In this document: in pieces, positions 45,178-53,358 of the stretch | Numbering within the stretch: the first letter of the stretch is position 1 | How the letters are laid out: the number at the start of each line of letters is the position of its first letter | NCBI GenBank assembly: GCA_963762545.1 | Contig: CAVXLC010000002.1 | Location: forward strand, 1,275,629-1,339,628 | DNA: 64,000 nucleotides | Origin: an uncultured Gemmatimonadales bacterium | GTDB lineage: Bacteria; Gemmatimonadota; Gemmatimonadetes; Gemmatimonadales; GWC2-71-9 | Direction of reading: 5' to 3' | Notes under the pieces: model-generated | The model's input: only the letters and a program-made list of their open reading frames with translations | What the model was told of the DNA's origin: nothing | Database searches by the model: none | Made by a program: the position numbers and the translations under genes

Positions 45178-45211
45178 AGCGGGGTCGGACCGCCTTCCGG
45201 CCCGACCCCGC
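45171..45211 (-). terminator. Rho-independent terminator for the LVIVD/DUF305 operon (minus strand)
   Basis: Perfect 10-bp stem GCGGGGTCGG (45179-45188) / CCGACCCCGC (45202-45211) plus 3 inner pairs. On the minus strand it is followed by TCATTTTTCCCC. It lies 47 nt after the TAA at 45258. Confidence 0.55.
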
Positions 45212-45257
45212 CCTTCCTGTCCCGCCCTCGAGGCGCCCTCCGAGGCGCCCTCGGAGC

Positions 45258-47213
45258 TTATTTGCCGGCCAGTTCCCGCACCGCGCCGGACAGCTTCCGC
45301 ACCTTGGCTCCGTCGCGAGCGCCGCTCGCATCCCGGTCGAGCTGGGACGCCAGCTGGCTGAGCCCATCGCGCCGCGCCGCGCCCGAGGCGCCTTCCGCCG
45401 CTGCCAGCGAGCGGCGCGCGGCCGCGATCTTGTCCGCGGCCATCCCGCCGTTCCGCTCCAGCTGATCGACGTAGGCCCGCGCCAGCGCGAAGCTGGCCGG
45501 CCATACGAACATCGGCTGCCCCTGGGTGTTGAGGTAGTCCAGGTGCACCGACTTCGCGGCATCGATCTCGTTCTGCGAGATGAACCCGCTGGGCTTGAGC
45601 TCGACGATGTCGAGCCCCCGGGCGATCTCCGAGCTCACCATCACCCCGTTGTACCAGTACACCGACCACGAGCCGCCCATGGAGAACCGGGTGGAATCCA
45701 CCGGGCCGCGGTCGAAGAAGGCGATTTCCTTGGGGTGGGCCGCGTCGGTCCAGTCGAACACCGAGATGCCCCCCTGGTACCAGGCCTGCACCATCACGTC
45801 GCGCCCGGGGATCGGGATCAGCGAGCCGTTGTGGGCCACGCAGTTTTCCAGCGAGGTCTGCGCCGCCGGCATCTTGTAATAGCCCTGGAACACCATCTTC
45901 CCGTCGACGATGTCGAACAGCGCGTCCGCGCCCCACTGGTGCGGGTCGCTGGCGCGGCACTTCGGCTGCCCGCCCCCGCCCCACTCGTCGCTGAACAGGA
46001 TCTTGGTACCGTCGTTGTTGAAGGTGGCCGAGTGCCAGTAGGAGAAGTTGGAGTCCGCCACCGCCCCGACCCGGACCGGATGGGCCGGATCCTTGATGTC
46101 GATCAGCAGGCCGTACCCTTCACAGGCCCCGCCGGCCATGCCGATGCCGGGGTAGAGCGTGATGTCGTGGCAGCTGGTGACGCCGGGACGGTTCGGGTTC
46201 GGCGCCTGCTGGGTGCCGATCCGCGCCGCGATCCAGGCCGGCAGTCCGGCGCGGAGCGCCGCGCTGTCCGCTGCCGTCACGGTGGTCCCGCCGTGGGACT
46301 TCGCGATGCTGTCCAGCATCGGCTGGGTCATCCCGTTCGGCAGCACCGTTTCGTTCCCGAAGATGGTCACCACGAACGCGCCCTTGGCCTTCGCCTCGGC
46401 CAGTGCGGCGAGGTCCGCCGGCGCCATGCCGTGCGACTTCACCATGGCCAGGTCATTGAAGATCCGCGGCGAGCTCACAATGGCGGCCTGCTCCGGGTGG
46501 GCCAGCGGCACCTTGATCACCTCGATGCGGAACCGCGCGGTGTTGGGATCGTCCGGATCGGAGATGCAGCCGGGCATCTCGGTCGGCGAGCGGGACGGCG
46601 CCGAGCCCGAGATGTAGACGTAGACGTTGTTCGGATCCTTGGGGTCCACCAGCACCGAGTGGGTATGGGACCCGCGGCAGGTCTGCACGTTGGTCAGGTT
46701 CCGGGGATGCTCGATGTCGGAGATGTCGAAGATGCGGAGGCCCCGGATCCGCTCGGTGCTCACCGTGTCCTTGACGCCCTGGTCGCCGCAGTCGATGCGG
46801 CCGGTGTTTCCCTCGGCCGACACGAACAGCAGGTTCTTGTACACCGACACGTCGCTCTGGGAAGCCGGACAGTAGTTCCCGACCCGCAGGACCGGCTGCC
46901 GGGGATTGGAGATGTCCCAGATCTGGTAGCCGTTGTAGTTGCCCTGAATGACGTAGTGCCCCGTGAACGCCAGGTCGGAATTGGTGCTCCCCAGGAACTT
47001 GCCCGAGGGCGGCGTCTTGGAGAGGACGTTCAGGTTCCACGCGGCCTCGCCGGCATCCATCTTCCCGGCCTTGAGGCCGACCCGGGGGTCCGGGCTCGGG
47101 GCCATGGCGGACATGGTCGCCGGGGCCGGGGCGCCGGTGCCGCCCGACGTGGAGTGGGCGCACGCCGCCGCGGACAGCAGCGCAATCGCAAGCGTTTTCT
47201 GCACGGATGCCAT
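45258..47213 (-). CDS. LVIVD-repeat beta-propeller lipoprotein
   Basis: 651 aa. Signal plus lipobox MASVQKTLAIALLSAAAC. It has repeated propeller blades with LVIVD-type strands (GLRIFDISD, GLLIDIKD, GISVFDWTD, GLDIVELK) and a C-terminal Ala/Arg-rich helical tail. Confidence 0.8.
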   Translation of the reverse strand: MASVQKTLAIALLSAAACAHSTSGGTGAPAPATMSAMAPSPDPRVGLKAGKMDAGEAAWNLNVLSKTPPSGKFLGSTNSDLAFTGHYVIQGNYNGYQIWDISNPRQPVLRVGNYCPASQSDVSVYKNLLFVSAEGNTGRIDCGDQGVKDTVSTERIRGLRIFDISDIEHPRNLTNVQTCRGSHTHSVLVDPKDPNNVYVYISGSAPSRSPTEMPGCISDPDDPNTARFRIEVIKVPLAHPEQAAIVSSPRIFNDLAMVKSHGMAPADLAALAEAKAKGAFVVTIFGNETVLPNGMTQPMLDSIAKSHGGTTVTAADSAALRAGLPAWIAARIGTQQAPNPNRPGVTSCHDITLYPGIGMAGGACEGYGLLIDIKDPAHPVRVGAVADSNFSYWHSATFNNDGTKILFSDEWGGGGQPKCRASDPHQWGADALFDIVDGKMVFQGYYKMPAAQTSLENCVAHNGSLIPIPGRDVMVQAWYQGGISVFDWTDAAHPKEIAFFDRGPVDSTRFSMGGSWSVYWYNGVMVSSEIARGLDIVELKPSGFISQNEIDAAKSVHLDYLNTQGQPMFVWPASFALARAYVDQLERNGGMAADKIAAARRSLAAAEGASGAARRDGLSQLASQLDRDASGARDGAKVRKLSGAVRELAGK

Positions 47214-47225
47214 GACTGATTTCCT

Positions 47226-47927
47226 CTATTGGGGCGAAAGAATGAGAGCGGTAAGCATCTGTTCCATCCGGGCGATCTCGGTCGTCTGATCGATATTCAC
47301 GTCCGATGCGAACTTGAACACCAGCTCGTCCTGCCCGGCGCCGTAGGTCCCGAACAGTTCCTTCACCATGGCCACCGCGCCCTGGTGATGCTGGATCATG
47401 AAGGTGAGGAACAGCCGGTCGAACTCCTTGCCCCGCGCCGCGTCGAGCTGCTGCATCTGTTCCGGGGTGAGCATCCCCGGCATCAGCATCACATGGGACA
47501 TGTCGCCCATCATCATCCGCATGCCGTCGGGCGACGCCTCCGGCACCGGCTGGCGGCGATCCCTGAGCCAGCGCTGCATGGTGACGATTTCGTCCTGCTG
47601 GGCGTTGATGATCCGGTCGCACAGCGTCTGCACCGACGGGCCGGCTCCGTGGCTGGGCGCCCAGCGCGCCATTTTGATCGCCTGCGCGTGGTGCGCGATC
47701 ATCCCCGACATGAAATGCACATCGGCCGCGGTGTAGGGATAGCGGGCGCTGTCGGCCCTGGCCTTGGCGATGGCGTCGAGATCGGAACTGGAGACCGGAG
47801 CCCCGGAGGCCGGGCTGGGGGAGGTGTGCACTGCTCCGGCGGTGGTGCTGTGACTGCAGCCCGCGATGGCGGCGGCCAGCACCACCGCGGCCATCCTGGG
47901 GGCGCGAAATGAAATCAAGCCGATCAA
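47226..47927 (-). CDS. DUF305-family (CopM-like) lipoprotein
   Basis: TTG start at 47927, with an ATG alternative at 47894. Lipobox is LAAAIAGC. It has a duplicated DUF305 helix pair (DVHFMSGMIAHHAQAI.MA and FLTFMIQHHQGAV.MV) and a Met-rich linker MRMMMGDMSHVMLMPGM. Confidence 0.85.
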   Translation of the reverse strand: MIGLISFRAPRMAAVVLAAAIAGCSHSTTAGAVHTSPSPASGAPVSSSDLDAIAKARADSARYPYTAADVHFMSGMIAHHAQAIKMARWAPSHGAGPSVQTLCDRIINAQQDEIVTMQRWLRDRRQPVPEASPDGMRMMMGDMSHVMLMPGMLTPEQMQQLDAARGKEFDRLFLTFMIQHHQGAVAMVKELFGTYGAGQDELVFKFASDVNIDQTTEIARMEQMLTALILSPQ

Positions 47928-47983
47928 TCTCCCGGCGAGGCCAGCCTGCGAGTCAGCGTGATTGGGTGAGCGCAGAATATATA

Positions 47984-48013
47984 ACGAAAACCCGGCGATC
48001 GCAGCGACGCGCC
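47984..48013 (-). terminator. Weak candidate terminator after the SDR gene
   Basis: Minus strand reads GGCGCGTCGCTGCGATCGCC (an imperfect 4+3-bp stem) followed by GGGTTTTCGTT, starting 3 nt after the TAG at 48016. The stem is poor. Confidence 0.3.
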
Positions 48014-48015
48014 AC

Positions 48016-48699
48016 CTATCCCAGGCCGTACACCGGCACCAGCGCCCCGGAGGTCAGCTGATTTTCCGGCGAGGCCAGCCAGAGAATGGCGCGGGCCAGC
48101 TGATCGGGTTTGGGCCACTTGCCGGCGTCCGCGGTGGGCATCGCGGCCCGGTTGGCCGGCGTGTCGATGATGGACGGGAGGATCGCGTTGACCAGAATGC
48201 CCTCGCCCCGCACCTCGGCCGCCAGCGCGCGCGTCAGCGCGGCGACCCCGGCCTTGGACACCGAGTACGCGATCGAGCCGCCCACCGGCGCCTCCACCAC
48301 CCGGGCGCCGACGTTCACGATCCGGCCCCCGCCGCTCCTGCGCAGTGCGGTGACCGCCTCGCGGCAACAGAGGAAGGCGGTGACCAGGTTGATCTCGAGC
48401 TGCCGGTCGAGGTCGGCGCGGGAAGTGTCGGCGATGGGCTTGGCCTGGAAGCCGCCGGCCAGATGCACCGATGCCCAGAGCGGCGGCACGCCGGCAAAGA
48501 AGGCCCGCACGGCGCCTTCGTCGGTCAGGTTGACCGTCCCGCTCACCCGCACGCCCGGCGCGGGCGGAGCGGTCGCCGGCCCGAGGATCGGGAGGTGGCA
48601 GACGGCCCCCTCGGCCACGAACGCCTGCACCACCGCGTGGCCCAGCGCACCGTCTCCGCCGGTGATGACGACGTTGAGTCCTTCGAGGATTCTCGGCAT
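48016..48699 (-). CDS. Short-chain dehydrogenase/reductase (SDR) family oxidoreductase
   Basis: 227 aa: VVITGGDGALG.AV..AF...GA (TGxxxGxG); IVNVG; YSVSKAGV.ALTRALA.E (YxxxK); ILP..IDTP.N. Confidence 0.85.
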   Translation of the reverse strand: MPRILEGLNVVITGGDGALGHAVVQAFVAEGAVCHLPILGPATAPPAPGVRVSGTVNLTDEGAVRAFFAGVPPLWASVHLAGGFQAKPIADTSRADLDRQLEINLVTAFLCCREAVTALRRSGGGRIVNVGARVVEAPVGGSIAYSVSKAGVAALTRALAAEVRGEGILVNAILPSIIDTPANRAAMPTADAGKWPKPDQLARAILWLASPENQLTSGALVPVYGLG

Positions 48700-48702
48700 G
48701 GC

Positions 48703-51018
48703 TCAGGCCCCGTCGAGTACGTCGCGCACCATGCGGGCCAGTATCGTCGGCGTGAACGGTTTCTGCAGGTACCGGAATCCGCGTTCCAGGATTCCCTGAT
48801 CCACGATGGTCCGGTCCGTATACCCTGACATGAAGAGGCATCGTATGCCGGGCTGCATCACGATGAGGCGGTCCGCCAGCTGGCGACCGCTCTCTCCCGG
48901 CATCACCATGTCGGTGACGAGCAGGTGGATGGTCCCCTCGTGTGCGACGGCGAGCGCCCGGGCCTCTTCGCCGTTCGCGGCGACCATCACCCGGTAGCCC
49001 ATGCGCTCGAGGCATCCCTGGGCCAGCGTGCGGAGCTGTTCATCGTCCTCGGCCAGGAGAATCGTCTCCGAGCCTCCTGCGACGGTCCCGCTCGGGCGAG
49101 CGGGCTCCAGCGTCTGCACCGGGGCGTCCACCCGCGGGAGATAGATCTTGAAGGTGGTGCCGACCCCCGGCTCGCTGTACACCCAGACGTAGCCGCCGGA
49201 TTGCTTGATGATGCCGTAGACCGTGGACAGTCCGAGCCCGGTGCCCTTCCCCGGCTCCTTGGTGGTGAAGAACGGCTCGAAGATCCGGCTCCGGTCCTCG
49301 GGCCGGATCCCCTGGCCGGTGTCCGACACCGCGAGCATCACATACGAGCCGGGGAGGACCGGGCGGTGGGCCTCCATGTACTCATCGGTCAGGTCGGCGA
49401 GCCCGGTTTCGATGGTGAGGGTGCCGCCCCCGGGCATCGCGTCGCGCGAGTTGACCGCCAGATTCACGATCACCTGCTCCAGCTGGCCCGCATCGGCCTT
49501 CACGTGGCCGGCGCTGGGCGCCAGCACCACGCGTAACGTGACGTCCTCTCCGATGAGCCGGCGCAGCAGCTTCTGAAGGTTCTCCACCACGTCGTTGACG
49601 TCGAGGATCGTCGGCTGGAGCACCTGCTGCCGGCTGAAGGCGAGCAGCTGGCGCGTGAGCCCGGCCGCGCGCTCCGCGGCCATCCGGATCTCATCGACGT
49701 CGCCGCGGTGGGTGCTGATGGACGGCAGGTCATCGAGCAGCAGCTCGGCGTGACCGAGGATGGCGGTCAGAAGGTTGTTGAAGTCGTGCGCGACCCCGCC
49801 CGCGAGGCGCCCCACGGCCTCCATCTTCTGGGCCTGGCGGAGTTGCTCCTCGAGCCGCTGGTGCTGGGTGATGTCCTCGCCGATGCTCAGGGTGCCGATC
49901 GGCCGGCCTCCCGAGTCTCGCAGCGTGGTGTTGTTCCAGGCGATCAGTCGCTCTTCCCCGCCCTTGGTGACGATCGCGTTCTGATAGTGCGCGTGGAGGC
50001 CCCGCTCGAGCAGCTCGCGGAACGCGCCGAGCATGGCCGGCCGCTGTGCCTCGGGAATGAACCGCTCGAGCCAGAACTGGCCCAGCGCCTCCTCGCGGGT
50101 GTAGCCGGTGAGCTCCAGGAAGAACGGATTGACGTAGTCGACCCTTCCCTCGGCGTCGAGTCCCAGCACGACCAGGTGGACCGTATCGAACAGGGTCCGG
50201 GCCCGCAGCTCGCTGGTGCGAAGCGCCTCTTCCGCCTGCTTCCGCTCGGTGATGTCCAGCGCGGTGCCCGCCTGCCGGTAGACTTCGCCCCGCTCGTTCC
50301 GGATCGGCACCGCGTGTGACAGCACCGATCGGACCGTGCCGTCGGGGCGGACCACCCGGAATTCGATCCTGCCCGGACTCTCGCCCTGTTGCACCCGGGC
50401 GATGTATTCGCCGAGCCGGCCCTGGTCCTCCGGCGCCACCGCCTCGAAAAAGGAGCGCGGACGCTCATAGATGCTCTGGCAGCTCCGGCCCCAGACCTCC
50501 TCGTACGCGGGGTTGATGTAGAGCGTTTCCCCGAGCCGGATGTCCGTGATGAAGAACACCTCGGAGATATTGTCCGCCAGCTGCCGGAACCGTTCCTCTT
50601 CGCTGCGCAGCAGCTCCTCGGCCCGCTTGCGCTCGATGGCGTACTGGATGACCCGGGCCAGGAGCCGGCCTTCGATACGGCCCTTGACCAGATAGTCCTG
50701 CGCCCCCCGCCGCATCGCCTCCAGCGCGACCGCTTCATCGTCGAGTCCGGAGATCACCACGATCGGTTGCCTCGGCGCTTCCAGCCGCGCGCGCGCAAAC
50801 GTGTCGATGCCCTGGCTGTCCGGCAGGCCGAGGTCGAGGAGCACCACGTCCACGCCGGCGTGTTTCAGGCGCTCGAGCGCCGGCTCCAGCCGATCGAGGC
50901 GCTCCAGCTCGAAGTCGGTCTCGACGTCGCGCAGCAGCTCCAGGATCAGCCGGGCATCCCCGGGGTTGTCCTCGACCAGGAGCACCCGGATCGGCCGCGT
51001 CCCCCCGGCGACGGTCAT
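48703..51018 (-). CDS. Hybrid sensor histidine kinase: REC - PAS - PAS - HisKA - HATPase_c - REC
   Basis: 771 aa. N-terminal receiver ([22 protein letters not shown]), two PAS blocks, H-box ([11 protein letters not shown]), N/G boxes ([11 protein letters not shown]; DTGQGI; GKGTGLGLS) and a C-terminal receiver ([17 protein letters not shown]). Confidence 0.9.
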   Translation of the reverse strand: MTVAGGTRPIRVLLVEDNPGDARLILELLRDVETDFELERLDRLEPALERLKHAGVDVVLLDLGLPDSQGIDTFARARLEAPRQPIVVISGLDDEAVALEAMRRGAQDYLVKGRIEGRLLARVIQYAIERKRAEELLRSEEERFRQLADNISEVFFITDIRLGETLYINPAYEEVWGRSCQSIYERPRSFFEAVAPEDQGRLGEYIARVQQGESPGRIEFRVVRPDGTVRSVLSHAVPIRNERGEVYRQAGTALDITERKQAEEALRTSELRARTLFDTVHLVVLGLDAEGRVDYVNPFFLELTGYTREEALGQFWLERFIPEAQRPAMLGAFRELLERGLHAHYQNAIVTKGGEERLIAWNNTTLRDSGGRPIGTLSIGEDITQHQRLEEQLRQAQKMEAVGRLAGGVAHDFNNLLTAILGHAELLLDDLPSISTHRGDVDEIRMAAERAAGLTRQLLAFSRQQVLQPTILDVNDVVENLQKLLRRLIGEDVTLRVVLAPSAGHVKADAGQLEQVIVNLAVNSRDAMPGGGTLTIETGLADLTDEYMEAHRPVLPGSYVMLAVSDTGQGIRPEDRSRIFEPFFTTKEPGKGTGLGLSTVYGIIKQSGGYVWVYSEPGVGTTFKIYLPRVDAPVQTLEPARPSGTVAGGSETILLAEDDEQLRTLAQGCLERMGYRVMVAANGEEARALAVAHEGTIHLLVTDMVMPGESGRQLADRLIVMQPGIRCLFMSGYTDRTIVDQGILERGFRYLQKPFTPTILARMVRDVLDGA

Positions 51019-51452
51019 GGCAGCTTGACGATCTCGAGCCAGAATTGCTCGATGGACTGCACCACCTTGAGGAACTGCTCGAATTCCACCGGCTTGGTCA
51101 CGAAGGCGTTGGCCCGCATCCGGTAGGACGCCAGGATGTCCTGCTCCACCTGCGAGGTGGTGAGGATGACCACCGGGATATGCTTCAGGTGCTCGTCGTT
51201 CTTGATCTCATCGAGCACCTCCCGGCCGCTCTTGCGCGGCAGGTTGAGATCGAGCACGATCAGATCGGGCCGCACCGAGTCCCGGTACTTGCCTTCCCGG
51301 CGCAGCATGGCCATCGCCTCGGCGCCGTCCACCGCCACGCTCAGATGGTTGCGCACCTTGGCGTCCCGCAGCGCCTCCCGGGTCAGCCGGACGTCCCCGG
51401 GATTGTCCTCCACCAGCAGAATCTCGATGGGTTTGGGCGGGTTGACGGTCAT
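51015..51452 (-). CDS. Single-domain response regulator (receiver only)
   Basis: 145 aa: [35 protein letters not shown].......IPVVILTTS......L.....ANAF..KP. It has ATGA overlaps with both neighbouring kinase genes. Confidence 0.9.
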   Translation of the reverse strand: MTVNPPKPIEILLVEDNPGDVRLTREALRDAKVRNHLSVAVDGAEAMAMLRREGKYRDSVRPDLIVLDLNLPRKSGREVLDEIKNDEHLKHIPVVILTTSQVEQDILASYRMRANAFVTKPVEFEQFLKVVQSIEQFWLEIVKLP

Positions 51453-52984
51453 TGAGCCGCTTCCTTCCCGGCCGGCAGCGTGAAGTGAAAGGTGGTGCCG
51501 GTTCCCTCGATGGAGTCCACCCAGATCCGGCCGCCGTGACGCTCGACGATCTTCTTGGCGATCGCGAGGCCGATGCCGGTCCCCGGGTATTCCTCGCGAC
51601 GGTGCAGCCGCTGGAAGATCACGAAGATCCGTTCGAAGTATTGCGGGTCGATGCCGATCCCGTTGTCCCGCACATCGAACTGGCACCAGCCGCCGTCGCG
51701 GGAGGCCGAGACGTGCACCCGGGGTGGCTCGGCACCGTGGAACTTGAGGGCGTTGGAGACCAGGTTGAGAAACAGGTGCTCCAGCTGCCCCGGGTCCGCC
51801 TGCACCGCCGGAAGCGGGTCGGAGTCGACCGCGGCGCCCGATTCCTCGATGCTGAGCCGCAGGTTGGAGACCGCTCGCTCCAGCGCCGCCGTGGCGTCGG
51901 TGACCTCGAAGGCGGCGCCCCGGGTGCCGAGCCGGGAATAGGTCAGGAGATCCTCGATGAGCCGCTGCATCCGCAGGGCGCCATCCAGGGCGTAGCCGAT
52001 GAACACATCGGCATCGGCGTCCAGCCGCCCGCGGTAGCGCTTGCCGAGCAGCTGGACGTAGCTCCCGACCATGCGAAGCGGCTCCTGCAGATCGTGCGAC
52101 GCCACGTAGGCGAACCGCTCCAGCTCTTCGTTGGAGCGGCGCAGCTCGCCCTCGGCCTGCTTGCGCGCCGTGATGTCCACCACGGAGGCCAGCACCGACA
52201 GCCCCTCGTCGGTGTCGATGGGGTTGAGCCCGATCTCGACCGGAACTTCGGTGCCGTCCTTGCGAACCCCGAAGAGGTCCCGCCCCACCCCCATGGCCCG
52301 GGTCTGGGGGAGGACGAAGAAGTCGTGCCGGAAGCCGGGGTGCTGCTCGCGAAGGCGCAGGGGAACCAGCTCCTCGATGGACTTCCCGAGCAGCTCCTCC
52401 CGGGAATACCCGAACAGGCGCTCGGTCTCGCGGTTGACCAGCGTGATGCGGCCGGCCCGATCCACCATGATCATGCCGCTGGGCGTCGACTCCACCACCG
52501 CGCGGAGCCGGGCCTCGGCCCGCTTGCGCACGCTGATGTCCACCACCGAAGCGAGGACGAATTCTCCCGCATCGGTTTCGACCGAATTGAGCCCGATCTC
52601 GACCGGTATCTCGGTGCCGTCCTTGCGAATGCCGAAGAGATCCCGCCCTGCGCCCATGGGGCGGGTGTCCGGACTGGCGAACCCGTCACGCATGCCCGAA
52701 TGCCGGTCGCGGAGTCGCTGGGGAACCAGCCGCTCAATGGACTGCCCCAGCAGCTCGCCGCGCGAATAGCCGAAGAGCCGCTCGATCTCCCGGTTGACCA
52801 GCGCGATGGTCCCGTCCCGAGCCACCATGATGAGGCCGCCGGGCACCGAATCCACCACGGCCCGGAATCGAGCCTCGTCGCGACGGCGCCGGCCGAACTC
52901 CCGCCGGATGAGCGCGGCCGCGCCGATCAGGACGACGACCGCCAGCGCGCTCGCACCGAGGACCAGGACCGGGGAGGTCACCAC
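51449..52984 (-). CDS. Membrane-anchored PAS-PAS sensor histidine kinase
   Basis: ORF 51449..53119. I place the start at GTG 52984 (or 52981), just before the TM helix SPVLVLGASALAVVVLIGAAALI. It has two PAS repeats (FRAVVDS.P.G.IMV.R.G.I.LVN.E.ERLFGYSR.ELLG.SIE.LVP), an H-box (ASHDLQEPLR) and a HATPase domain (DNGIGI; GTGIGLA). The start is uncertain. Confidence 0.8.
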   Translation of the reverse strand: MVTSPVLVLGASALAVVVLIGAAALIRREFGRRRRDEARFRAVVDSVPGGLIMVARDGTIALVNREIERLFGYSRGELLGQSIERLVPQRLRDRHSGMRDGFASPDTRPMGAGRDLFGIRKDGTEIPVEIGLNSVETDAGEFVLASVVDISVRKRAEARLRAVVESTPSGMIMVDRAGRITLVNRETERLFGYSREELLGKSIEELVPLRLREQHPGFRHDFFVLPQTRAMGVGRDLFGVRKDGTEVPVEIGLNPIDTDEGLSVLASVVDITARKQAEGELRRSNEELERFAYVASHDLQEPLRMVGSYVQLLGKRYRGRLDADADVFIGYALDGALRMQRLIEDLLTYSRLGTRGAAFEVTDATAALERAVSNLRLSIEESGAAVDSDPLPAVQADPGQLEHLFLNLVSNALKFHGAEPPRVHVSASRDGGWCQFDVRDNGIGIDPQYFERIFVIFQRLHRREEYPGTGIGLAIAKKIVERHGGRIWVDSIEGTGTTFHFTLPAGKEAAQ

Positions 52985-53163
52985 GGGCTCATGGCATGAA
53001 CCAGCAACACACCTCCTCCGCGGTGCCGCCCTTCGATGTTCGGAACTGCGCCACGGCGACGACCGTGTTCGGAAAAAGGGCTCGACTTCGCCGGGCCGCG
53101 AATCGGGCCGGAAGCGCAACGGCAGGATGCCTGGGAGGATAGCCGGTTCCTGGCGATTGCGGA

Positions 53164-53181
53164 CCTAGTAGTACTACTAGG
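53164..53181. promoter_or_regulatory. 18-bp perfect palindrome CCTAGTAGTACTACTAGG (candidate operator)
   Basis: Read directly, and it is its own reverse complement. It is AT-rich against a GC-rich background and sits in the divergent region between the PAS kinase and the TonB receptor. Confidence 0.4.
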
Positions 53182-53267
53182 CGACCCTGGCTCGGCCCGG
53201 GTGACCCGATTTGGCCGGTTTGCCGCTGCCTCAGGCAGCGGGCCGCCCGTTGCGTCGCACGGTCTAC

Positions 53268-53296
53268 TTGCCGCCCTCCGGCGTCGCGAGTAGTTT
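53268..53296 (+). promoter_or_regulatory. Candidate promoter TTGCCG-17-TAGTTT for the TonB receptor gene
   Basis: TTGCCG at 53268-53273, a 17-nt spacer, then TAGTTT at 53291-53296, about 60 nt before the ATG at 53359. This is a sequence match only. Confidence 0.3.
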
Positions 53297-53358
53297 GTCC
53301 GTTAATGAACTATTCATGGTTCAAGTCCCCCTTCCCACGCTCGCGAGGAACCGGCACC

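Noticed and set aside
53120-53358. Cobalamin riboswitch or Fur box in front of the TonB-dependent receptor
   Set aside because: I could not find a B12-box-like core or the conserved GGGAA/GCCACTG-type elements. Nothing resembles GATAATGATAATCATTATC either. Only a simple hairpin (53223-53241) and the palindrome reported separately are present.
53305-53358. ATG at 53305 as the TonB receptor start (MNYSWFKSPFPRSRGTGT..)
   Set aside because: These 18 residues precede a perfectly good signal peptide starting at the ATG at 53359, which has a GAGGAA Shine-Dalgarno. The extension lies in the AT-rich promoter-like stretch.
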